A stretch of 64,000 nt of DNA from Campylobacterota bacterium. Lineage in GTDB: Bacteria > Campylobacterota > Campylobacteria > Campylobacterales > Sulfurovaceae. This document shows, one piece after another, positions 1 through 7,084 of this stretch (the stretch's first letter is position 1; every line of letters starts with the position of its first letter). The stretch covers positions 521-64,520 of the forward strand of contig JAYEND010000099.1 of NCBI GenBank assembly GCA_034721895.1, read 5' to 3'. The notes beneath the pieces are model-generated. The model saw nothing but the letters and a program-made list of their open reading frames with translations, did not search any database and had not been told where the DNA came from. Made by a program: the position numbers and the translations under genes.

Positions 1-1
1 A

Positions 2-160
2 AAAATCAATGAATACAAATCCTACAAAGAGAAACTCAAAAGCTATCGTGAAAAAGTGTTAGGTATCATCAAACCGGAGATTGCGCTCTATCAGAGTACG
101 CTGACACCAGGAGGGCCGCACTATCAGTGTAAATGGAAGATTGCATCCTCTGTAAGGTAA
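2..160 (+). CDS. 3' end of unidentified CDS (partial, begins upstream of window)
   Basis: Frame 2 is the only frame open from the window edge. Stop TAA at 158-160. Tail is ...LYQSTLTPGGPHYQCKWKIASSVR. No family recognised. Confidence 0.3.
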   Translation, partial: KINEYKSYKEKLKSYREKVLGIIKPEIALYQSTLTPGGPHYQCKWKIASSVR

Positions 161-161
161 G

Positions 162-330
162 CCTCGTTCCCACTCTCCGAAAGTGTGCAAGAACTACATA
201 TTTTTAGGGGATGCGACTTCAGTCGCATTAACAATGTCCCATTTCATGGGACTCTTGGACTGAAGTCCAAGCCCCGAAAGCAAAAATAGAAGTTCTTGCA
301 CACTCTCTCCTGAGTGGGAATGCATACGAG
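162..330. repeat. ~170-nt nested palindromic element with cloverleaf-like centre
   Basis: Pairings read directly: 167-175/312-320 (9 bp), 183-195/291-303 (13 bp perfect), 199-205/282-288 and 207-210/272-275. These enclose three hairpins at 211-228, 236-252 and 254-271. Confidence 0.6.
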
Positions 331-377
331 AATACAATCATCAAAAAAATGTCTGTTTGCAACTCATTGTTTGATAT

Positions 378-405
378 GCGTTCCACCTCTGAAGAGGTGG
401 AACGC
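378..405. repeat. perfect 12-bp hairpin GCGTTCCACCTC-TGAA-GAGGTGGAACGC (GTTCC-hairpin family)
   Basis: Read directly. Related stems occur at 164-176/312-330, 1375-1403 and 20711-20819. Confidence 0.6.
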
Positions 406-580
406 AATAGAATTGAAAATGTAAACGGGAGTTTGTGAAGATTGATTATAAAAAATGAAATTTGTGGGGATTTTTCGCTAAATTGCGTCAGAAAGTCTTT
501 TCTGGCGAGGAAGCTTACTCCGGTAAGTGCCCGAGGAAGAGAAAACTTTATGGCGTGATATAGCGAAAAAGATCTCAAAT

Positions 581-1357
581 TTAAAATATCATGCCGTCTA
601 CTGGGGAGCTTGCCGTGGCGAATGGACGCTTCGGAATTCTTCCCGCCAGATAACTCATCCTGCCTGCAATAACAGCATGCTTCATCGCCTCTGCCATCAT
701 CATCGGGTTGTCCGCCTGAGCAATCGCTGTATTGGTCAGGATGCCGTCGGCACCCAGTTCCATCGCAGCAGCGGCATCACTGGCACAACCGATCCCTGCA
801 TCCACGATCACCGGTACGCTGACTGCCTCACGAACGAAGAGGACATTGAATCGGTTTTGCACACCCAGGCCTGAACCGATCGGTGCTGCCAATGGCATCA
901 CAGCATGGGCACCTGCATCTTCGAGTCGTTTTGCGATGATCGGGTCATCATTGGTATATGCCATGATCGTGAAACCCTCTTTGGACAAGACTTCACAGGC
1001 CTTAATCGTTTCGATCACATCTGGATAGAGTGTCTTCTGTGTATCACCGATCACTTCGAGTTTGATCAAGTCGATCCCTGTCGCTTCTCTGGTCAGTCTA
1101 AAAAGTGTGATCGCCTCTTCAGCCGTCACACATCCTGCCGAGTTAGGAAGAAACTTGACATTGGTATCTTTGAAATAATCCATCAGGTTTTCTTCTTCGG
1201 GGTTAGTGATGTTGAGTCGCCTTACCGCTACTGTGATCAATTCCGATCCGCTTGCCAGTGTTGCATCCAGTGTTGTCTGGAAGCTGTCATATTTTCCGCT
1301 TCCGACGATCAGTCTGCTGCCCAGTTCATATTTTCCAATTTTTAAAATTTCGCTCAT
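581..1357 (-). CDS. thiG: thiazole synthase ThiG
   Basis: 258-aa [26 protein letters not shown]...[32 protein letters not shown]. Full-length match by eye to the ThiG family. Confidence 0.93.
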   Translation of the reverse strand: MSEILKIGKYELGSRLIVGSGKYDSFQTTLDATLASGSELITVAVRRLNITNPEEENLMDYFKDTNVKFLPNSAGCVTAEEAITLFRLTREATGIDLIKLEVIGDTQKTLYPDVIETIKACEVLSKEGFTIMAYTNDDPIIAKRLEDAGAHAVMPLAAPIGSGLGVQNRFNVLFVREAVSVPVIVDAGIGCASDAAAAMELGADGILTNTAIAQADNPMMMAEAMKHAVIAGRMSYLAGRIPKRPFATASSPVDGMIF

Positions 1358-1374
1358 ATTTTTCCTTTTAAAGC

Positions 1375-1403
1375 CTCGCTCCCACTCAGAAGAGTGGAGC
1401 GAG
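1375..1403. repeat. hairpin CTCGCTCC(C)ACTC-AGAA-GAGTGGAGCGAG between purN stop and thiG start
   Basis: 12-bp stem with one bulged C. The 5' flank AAGCCTCG.TCCCACTC is shared with position 159-176. It could act as a purN terminator or processing site on the minus strand, but no U-tract follows. Confidence 0.5.
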
Positions 1404-1432
1404 ATATATTTATTCGTGTTTTATATCACACC

Positions 1433-1993
1433 CTAACTTAAAGCCGCTCTAATCCCCTCAGCCAGAGCCTCCTTTTCGATCGTGCGTATCATTTTGTCAT
1501 AGGATTCAAACGACAATCCCTCTTTGGCTATTTCTTTTTGCGTAATGATCTCTCCTCCATCAAGCTCAGAGCTCACCCAGTGGATACTGACTCCACCGGT
1601 AGGATAGTCGTCTTCATAACTTTTTTCTATCGCCTTAAGTCCTTTGTGTCTTGGGAGCAGTGAGGGGTGGAGATTGACAGCTCGGATATGATCGGTAAAA
1701 ACCGGTGTCAGTATACGCATAAAACCTGCCAGAACAGTCAACTCAGGACGGTAAAAGTGAAGTCTCTCCACCACTTTGACATCAAAGTCTTCCCTCTTCT
1801 GAAAAGATTTGGAATCAATGATCTCAACAGGAACGCTATAAGCCTTTGCAATTGCAATCCCTTTGGCATCAGGTTTATTGGTCAGAGCAACAGCAACTTC
1901 AAGTTCCTTTTCGTGCAAATGTTCCAGGATATAGGCCATATTGGTCCCGGTACCGCTAAAAAGCACAGCGATTTGAGGTAGATTCTTTTTCAT
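1433..1993 (-). CDS. purN: phosphoribosylglycinamide formyltransferase PurN
   Basis: 186 aa. Contains IAVLFSGTGTNM..., NLHPSLLPRHKG and GVSIHWVSSELDGGEII, typical of the folate-dependent GAR transformylase. Confidence 0.9.
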   Translation of the reverse strand: MKKNLPQIAVLFSGTGTNMAYILEHLHEKELEVAVALTNKPDAKGIAIAKAYSVPVEIIDSKSFQKREDFDVKVVERLHFYRPELTVLAGFMRILTPVFTDHIRAVNLHPSLLPRHKGLKAIEKSYEDDYPTGGVSIHWVSSELDGGEIITQKEIAKEGLSFESYDKMIRTIEKEALAEGIRAALS

Positions 1994-2078
1994 GAGCGCA
2001 TTGTGGCATAATAATGATTATTGCTCTATTAGTTTTAGAGTCAATTAAAACATTGCCACACAAGGCATACCAAAATTT

Positions 2079-3527
2079 CTAATGGGCACCTCTAATTTCT
2101 AATTTTCCAATCTCTTCAATCAAATCAGTAGGTAACATTGCATAACTTGAGCCCTCGTAGTTTTGGGCTGCAGTCACTAAAGCTAAAGAACCTTGAATAG
2201 CTGCATCTATGGCACTATAGCCTTGTGCAAGCAATGATACGATCAGACCGCTCAATACATCGCCGCTTCCCGCTTTGCTCAATTTGGAAGAGCCCAGGGG
2301 GTTGATCCATACTTTTCCATCCTGAACTATCAGCATATTCGCACCCTTCAGGAGAAGAACCACCTGCGGAAAATACTCTGAAAACTTTCGGGCAAGAGAC
2401 AAACGGTTTTCCTGGATCTCGGCAACAGTCAGCACTTCACCTGTGACAATTTTCCAAAGTGAAGCAAACTCTTTGGGATGGGGAGTTAAAACGATTTGCC
2501 GTTCTTTTTGCTCCAGAACAGATAACAGCTCCTGAGAATAAAAACTGTCGGCATCAAGAATCAGCGGCAGTCTGTTATCCAAAACATACTTTTGAATAAA
2601 CTCGCTCTCAAAATAGCTCCCCAGCCCCATACCAACAGCCAGTGCCGTCGTACTCTCCGGCACTACGGTCGAGGACATCAGATAGGCAGGAGGATCCACC
2701 TGTTCATGGATCACCAGGGTTGCCAACCCTGCACCAAAGCGAAGAGCAGCTGTCCCGGCAATGATCGCGGCCCCCTCTTTCTCTCCACAGAAGAGTGACG
2801 CATGCCCGAAGCTCCCTTTATGGGTTGCCTGTTGTTCCCGTATCGGCAGCCTCAAGTCTTCTTTTCCCAACACATATGTCTCACTCTCCATTTCATAGAG
2901 CATACGGTCAAGGCCCAAATCAACACGAATAATTTCACCCACAAAATCTTTGACTGCATCCAGATAAAGTGCTTCCTTCAAAGCACCCATCGTGATCGTC
3001 ACATCGGCACGAAAAGCTACAGGCAACAACCTGCCATCTTCTCCGATGCCGCTGGGTATATCACAGGCGATCTTAAACCCTTTCAAAGTATTCATCTTTT
3101 CGATCAGAGCCTGACTCTGCTCATCAAGCTCACGGTTCAGACCGGCACCGAAAAGTGCATCGACGATCACATCGGACTCTGCTATCTCTTCGCAGGGAAC
3201 GATGCCTGTCTTCTCTGCTCTTTCAAGCTGTAGTTTTGCCATAGAGGACTTGACACCCAATGGAAGCAGAAGTTTCACCCTATTGCTTCCGCAAAGCAGA
3301 CGCGCCAAAACAATCCCGTCTGCCCCGTTGTTCCCCACACCCGAAACGATCAACACAGAGCTTCCCTCCGGAAAATATTCACGGATATAGTCTGCCATCC
3401 CCTCTGCGGCATGCTCCATCAAAATATCCTCTGTCAATCCATAGGCATCATAGCATCTCTGATCCATCTCATAACAGTTTTTAAATACTTTTTGCACGGG
3501 AGTCCTTTGAGTCATTTTCTGCATCAA
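2079..3527 (-). CDS. nnr: bifunctional NAD(P)H-hydrate repair enzyme Nnr (epimerase/ADP-dependent dehydratase)
   Basis: 482 aa. N-terminal YjeF_N-like region (VSGVGNNGADG) plus a C-terminal carbohydrate-kinase-like region (KAGSGDVLSG). The start is ambiguous among several N-terminal Met codons. Confidence 0.85.
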   Translation of the reverse strand: MMQKMTQRTPVQKVFKNCYEMDQRCYDAYGLTEDILMEHAAEGMADYIREYFPEGSSVLIVSGVGNNGADGIVLARLLCGSNRVKLLLPLGVKSSMAKLQLERAEKTGIVPCEEIAESDVIVDALFGAGLNRELDEQSQALIEKMNTLKGFKIACDIPSGIGEDGRLLPVAFRADVTITMGALKEALYLDAVKDFVGEIIRVDLGLDRMLYEMESETYVLGKEDLRLPIREQQATHKGSFGHASLFCGEKEGAAIIAGTAALRFGAGLATLVIHEQVDPPAYLMSSTVVPESTTALAVGMGLGSYFESEFIQKYVLDNRLPLILDADSFYSQELLSVLEQKERQIVLTPHPKEFASLWKIVTGEVLTVAEIQENRLSLARKFSEYFPQVVLLLKGANMLIVQDGKVWINPLGSSKLSKAGSGDVLSGLIVSLLAQGYSAIDAAIQGSLALVTAAQNYEGSSYAMLPTDLIEEIGKLEIRGAH

Positions 3528-3730
3528 TTATATCACAGCGTTTTTCAGCCAAGCTCACTTTTAGTTTTAAAGTTATTGACTTAGCTTTCAAGCAGGTTTA
3601 AAAAACTTGTAGATTCTCGATCAGGCCGAGAATGGCGGTAAGAATAAGTTATACAAAAGTGGGATTCAAGGCTATTGCACGCAATCCTGCCAAGGGCGCA
3701 CGTTCACACTTGTCTTTCTTTTCCTTCAAA

Positions 3731-3817
3731 GGTATGGGTCCTGCTTTTTAAAGTTATTGCACTCCACCCGTCAGGGCGCTTGCGTTTGCAATGTTTTTAA
3801 AAAGCAGGGCCCATACC
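3731..3817. repeat. long imperfect hairpin (22-24 bp outer stem) in the nnr/rpsU divergent spacer
   Basis: GGTATGGGTCCTGCTTTTTAAA (3731-3752) pairs with TTTTTAAAAAGCAGGGCCCATACC (3794-3817). There is a single T/G opposition, which is G-U only on a + strand RNA. An inner ATTGCA/TGCAAT stem is also present. Confidence 0.55.
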
Positions 3818-3851
3818 ACCCCCATATTTCAATTTCTTATAAACTTATCTC

Positions 3852-3863
3852 GGTATAATTCGC
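3852..3863 (+). promoter_or_regulatory. putative -10 region (GGTATAATTCGC) for rpsU
   Basis: TATAAT at 3854-3859, about 135 nt upstream of the rpsU GTG. The identical 12-mer occurs upstream of leuC (19154-19165, minus strand). Confidence 0.4.
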
Positions 3864-3995
3864 CACTTATTTTCCACATAGTCTTTATCTTTGCAAGGCG
3901 AAAGCTTTGGTGAGATGAATTGAAACTGAACTTGTTTGGCTTCAAGAAGACCTATTAAAGGTGGAGAAAACTGAGAAGGAAGGGGGTGATGACCC

Positions 3996-4208
3996 GTGCC
4001 AGGAATCGTGATAACACCAAGAGACTCTTTTGATGACGCGTACAGAAAATTCAAAAGACAATGCGATAGAAACCTGATCGTCACAGAAGCCAGAGCAAGA
4101 CAATACTACGAAACAGCTACTGAGAAGAGAAAGAAAGAGAAGATCGCTACTCGTAAGAAAATCCTCAAAAAGCTCTTTATGCTTAGAAGATACGAGTCAA
4201 GACTGTAA
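3996..4208 (+). CDS. rpsU: 30S ribosomal protein S21
   Basis: 70 aa, [39 protein letters not shown]...; GTG start preceded by AAGGAAGGGGG. Confidence 0.95.
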   Translation: MPGIVITPRDSFDDAYRKFKRQCDRNLIVTEARARQYYETATEKRKKEKIATRKKILKKLFMLRRYESRL

Positions 4209-4348
4209 GTTTTGCTCACCGCTACAGGGTTCTCCTGTAGTCACTACAACTCCTTTATCCCTGCAAATTATATCAATCTATTTAAAACCCTTTTAATTCA
4301 AATCTAAATTTGGTTAAAATCATTCTATATCATCACAAGGGTACAGGA

Positions 4349-5515
4349 ATGACATTTACCACACCACTCCAATCAGACTCTATCAAGATCATGTTGCTGG
4401 GCTCCGGAGAACTTGGAAAAGAGGTTGCCATCGAAGCGCAAAGACTCGGTGTCGAAGTGATCGCTGTCGACAAGTATGCAAATGCGCCTGCCCACCTCGT
4501 CGCCAATCGTGCCCATGTCATCGATATGCAGGACAGGGAAGCCCTGATGAACCTGATCAGAGAAGAGCAGCCTACTTACATCCTTCCTGAAGTTGAAGCA
4601 CTCAGTATCCAGGCGCTCTTCGATGCAGAGGCGGAAGGTTTTCATGTCATTCCCAACGCTGAAGCAGTCAACAAAACAATGAATCGTAAAAATATTCGTG
4701 TTTTTGCCAGCGAAGAACTTGGACTGACCACCAGTGCCTATGAATTTGTCACAAGCGAAGAGGAGCTGCATACTGCTGCTGCGCGTATAGGGTTCCCCTG
4801 TGTAATCAAACCGGTAATGAGCAGTTCGGGGCATGGACAGAGCATCGCCAAAAGTGCCAGCGAAATCCCCCGTTCCTGGGAGGTTGCCAAAGAGGCGAGA
4901 GGGGATGCCAGTGAACTGATCGTGGAAGAGTTTGTCAAATTTGACTACGAGATCACCCTTTTGACAGTACGGACGGAAAGTGAGACAGTCTTCTGTGAAC
5001 CGATCGGACATATCCAGAAAGACGGGGACTATATCCTCTCTTGGCAGCCGATGCCGATGAGTACAGTGGCACTTGACAGAGCCAAAGAGATCGCCAAAGC
5101 AGTAACAGACGGTCTTGGAGGCAGAGGGATCTTCGGCGTAGAGTTCTTCGTCAAGGAAGATGAAGTCTACTTCTCCGAACTGAGTCCGCGTCCGCACGAT
5201 ACAGGAATGGTAACGCTGATCACGCAGAGTCAAAGCGAATTTGCCCTGCATGTCAGAGCGGTTCTCGGACTGCCGCTTGATTTTACCTTCCATGGAGCCG
5301 GTGCCAGCGGTGCCTACAAAGCGACCTCAGAAAGTAAAAACCCAAAAATTGAAGTACCCGAGAGTGCCTTCCGTGAAAACTCATATGTTCGTATCTTCGG
5401 CAAGCCGGAATCACATGTCGGAAGACGCATGGCTATTTCTTTGGTTCTCGATAACAATGTTGAAGAGGCAGAGAAGAGAGCACTTGAGATCATCAATCAG
5501 ATGAGTGATAGCTAG
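4349..5515 (+). CDS. purT: formate-dependent phosphoribosylglycinamide formyltransferase PurT
   Basis: ATP-grasp protein, [41 protein letters not shown]...[12 protein letters not shown] prefer ATG 4349 over the ORF-track TTG at 4310. Confidence 0.9.
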   Translation: MTFTTPLQSDSIKIMLLGSGELGKEVAIEAQRLGVEVIAVDKYANAPAHLVANRAHVIDMQDREALMNLIREEQPTYILPEVEALSIQALFDAEAEGFHVIPNAEAVNKTMNRKNIRVFASEELGLTTSAYEFVTSEEELHTAAARIGFPCVIKPVMSSSGHGQSIAKSASEIPRSWEVAKEARGDASELIVEEFVKFDYEITLLTVRTESETVFCEPIGHIQKDGDYILSWQPMPMSTVALDRAKEIAKAVTDGLGGRGIFGVEFFVKEDEVYFSELSPRPHDTGMVTLITQSQSEFALHVRAVLGLPLDFTFHGAGASGAYKATSESKNPKIEVPESAFRENSYVRIFGKPESHVGRRMAISLVLDNNVEEAEKRALEIINQMSDS

Positions 5516-5935
5516 TTGAGAAATCTCTCACTGAAAGGCCGAACCTATCCGACCGATCTCAATCCGGGAGGTACTGCATTTGGTGGTTGGGTCATGTCCA
5601 AAATGGACAAAGCTGCAAGCATTGCAGTTGATGATATCATCAAATCCCCGGCTGTCACTGTGACAGTATCCAGAATCAACTTTTTAAAACCTATACACAA
5701 TGGCGATATATTTACGATCTATACTGAAATCACTGCCATTGGCAATTCATCCATCACGGTCTATGTCTCTGTTGAAGTTAAAAACCTGGATACAAACAAA
5801 GAGTATGAAGTAACAAGCGCAGAATTTAAATTTGTAGCCGTAGACGGGCAAGGCAAACCAGTGAATATCCGCAGTGTGATCAGGGATGATATAGACGACC
5901 ATACCAGAACCCTTTTGCACAGAGAAAAGCAGTAG
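5516..5935 (+). CDS. acyl-CoA thioesterase (hot-dog fold, YciA-like)
   Basis: 139 aa with TDLNPGGTAFGGWVMSKMDKAASIA near the N-terminus. The TTG start directly abuts the purT stop. Confidence 0.75.
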   Translation: MRNLSLKGRTYPTDLNPGGTAFGGWVMSKMDKAASIAVDDIIKSPAVTVTVSRINFLKPIHNGDIFTIYTEITAIGNSSITVYVSVEVKNLDTNKEYEVTSAEFKFVAVDGQGKPVNIRSVIRDDIDDHTRTLLHREKQ

Positions 5936-5980
5936 GTGCCCAAAAACAAACCATTATCAAAATGATAGGAGGAGAGAAAG

Positions 5981-6922
5981 ATGAATATAGTAGTCCTGGA
6001 TGCGAAAACACTGGGTGATGATTTGGATATGAGTGCATTAACGAACTATGGTGATGTCGAAGTATATCAAACAACCGATCCCGATCAAACCCTTGAACGC
6101 ATCAAGAATGCGGAGATCATCATCACCAACAAAGTAGTGATCACAGCTGAAATGATGAATGCTTCCCCCGATCTCAAATTGATCTGTATCGCTGCTACGG
6201 GGATGAACAATGTCGATCTTGACCATGCGTCAATCAAAGGGATCACTGTCAGAAATGTTGCCGGTTACTCGACCCAAAGCGTTGTCCAGCACACCTTTGC
6301 CATGGCACTCTATCTTTTGGAAAAGCTTCCCTACTATGATCATAATGTCAAAAGCGGCGAATGGAGCCGCTCAGGGCTTTTTACTAATGTCAGCCGTCCT
6401 TTTTCCGAAATTTCAGGTAAAAAATGGGGGATCATCGGTTTCGGTGCCATCGGTCAGGAAGTTGCCAAAATAGCCACTTCCTTTGGTGCAGATGTCTATT
6501 ATCACTCAACTTCAGGAAAAAACCTGAAACACGCCTATCCCCACCTCCATCTTGAATCCATATTGAGTGACTGCGATATCATCTCGATCCATGCCCCGCT
6601 CAATGAGAATACTGTAGAACTGATCAATGAAAACAACCTTCATCTCATCAAAGAGGATGCAATCCTGCTCAATCTCGGACGCGGCGGTATCGTCGATGAA
6701 ACTGACCTTGCCTTCGAACTTGACCGAAAACGTTTCTATGCCGGTTTGGATGTACTGACCAAAGAACCGATCGATCCGGTCAATTCACTCATGCATATCA
6801 AGCACCCCGAACGACTGCTCGTCACACCCCATATCGCCTGGACAAGTATCGAAGCAAGACAAAAGCTTTTTGAAGGTATTTTGCACAATATTCAAACATT
6901 CATTAAAGATATGGAGAGATAA
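5981..6922 (+). CDS. D-isomer-specific 2-hydroxyacid dehydrogenase (glycerate/hydroxypyruvate reductase-like)
   Basis: 313 aa. Has the NAD-binding motif GIIGFGAIGQEVAK, then LGRGGIVDE and C-terminal TPHIAW. Confidence 0.85.
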   Translation: MNIVVLDAKTLGDDLDMSALTNYGDVEVYQTTDPDQTLERIKNAEIIITNKVVITAEMMNASPDLKLICIAATGMNNVDLDHASIKGITVRNVAGYSTQSVVQHTFAMALYLLEKLPYYDHNVKSGEWSRSGLFTNVSRPFSEISGKKWGIIGFGAIGQEVAKIATSFGADVYYHSTSGKNLKHAYPHLHLESILSDCDIISIHAPLNENTVELINENNLHLIKEDAILLNLGRGGIVDETDLAFELDRKRFYAGLDVLTKEPIDPVNSLMHIKHPERLLVTPHIAWTSIEARQKLFEGILHNIQTFIKDMER

Positions 6923-6937
6923 AATGGTCAACCTATT

Positions 6938-7060
6938 CGTGTTACGTGTTACGTGTTACGTGTTACGATGGAAGTGGAGAGTTTACTCCCACCCAATCAA
7001 AGTATTGCCAGGCAATATCCACCAACACTCTTCACTCTTCACTCTTCACTCTTCACTTCA
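6938..7060 (+). repeat. composite intergenic element, copy 1: (CGTGTTA)x4.3, hairpin, (CACTCTT)x4 plus CACTTCA
   Basis: Left array at 6938-6967. Hairpin TATTGCC-a-GGCAATA at 7003-7017. Right array at 7026-7060. Same architecture as the copies at 22689, 23339 and 24457. Confidence 0.8.
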
Positions 7061-7084
7061 TAAAAACCTCCAAAGGAGTTTTTT

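Noticed and set aside
236-252. Anticodon-arm-like hairpin (5-bp stem, 7-nt loop ATTTCAT) inside a cloverleaf, which could be called a tRNA (Glu UUC on +, Phe GAA on -)
   Set aside because: The other two arms have 7-bp stems with 4-nt loops. There is no D-loop, no T-loop consensus (GTTCRANYC) and no 2-nt acceptor/D spacer, and the 'acceptor' is a stem of more than 30 bp. It is not a canonical tRNA gene, so it is reported only as a structure.
228-578. 116-aa minus-strand ORF filling the spacer downstream of thiG
   Set aside because: The translation is low-complexity and not protein-like. It has no SD and runs straight through the nested palindromes, whose symmetry explains the open frame. It is not ThiS-like, as it lacks a GG C-terminus.
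4373-5293. 306-aa ORF antisense to purT. Similar long antisense ORFs occur at 8027-8812 (sdhA), 24579-25226 (gyrB), 37815-38549 and 38871-39548 (rpoB), 42787-43518 (rplA), 55150-55776 (moeA) and 59432-60082 (gltX).
   Set aside because: Each lies entirely within a confidently identified gene on the opposite strand. Each has an unnatural composition (Cys/His/Phe/Arg-rich) and no recognisable family. They are typical shadow ORFs.
6938-7060. Tandem heptamer arrays as a possible CRISPR array or as coding repeats
   Set aside because: The units are 7 bp with no spacers, so this is not CRISPR. The frames through them (for example HSSLFTLHSSL) belong to short ORFs without starts or an SD.
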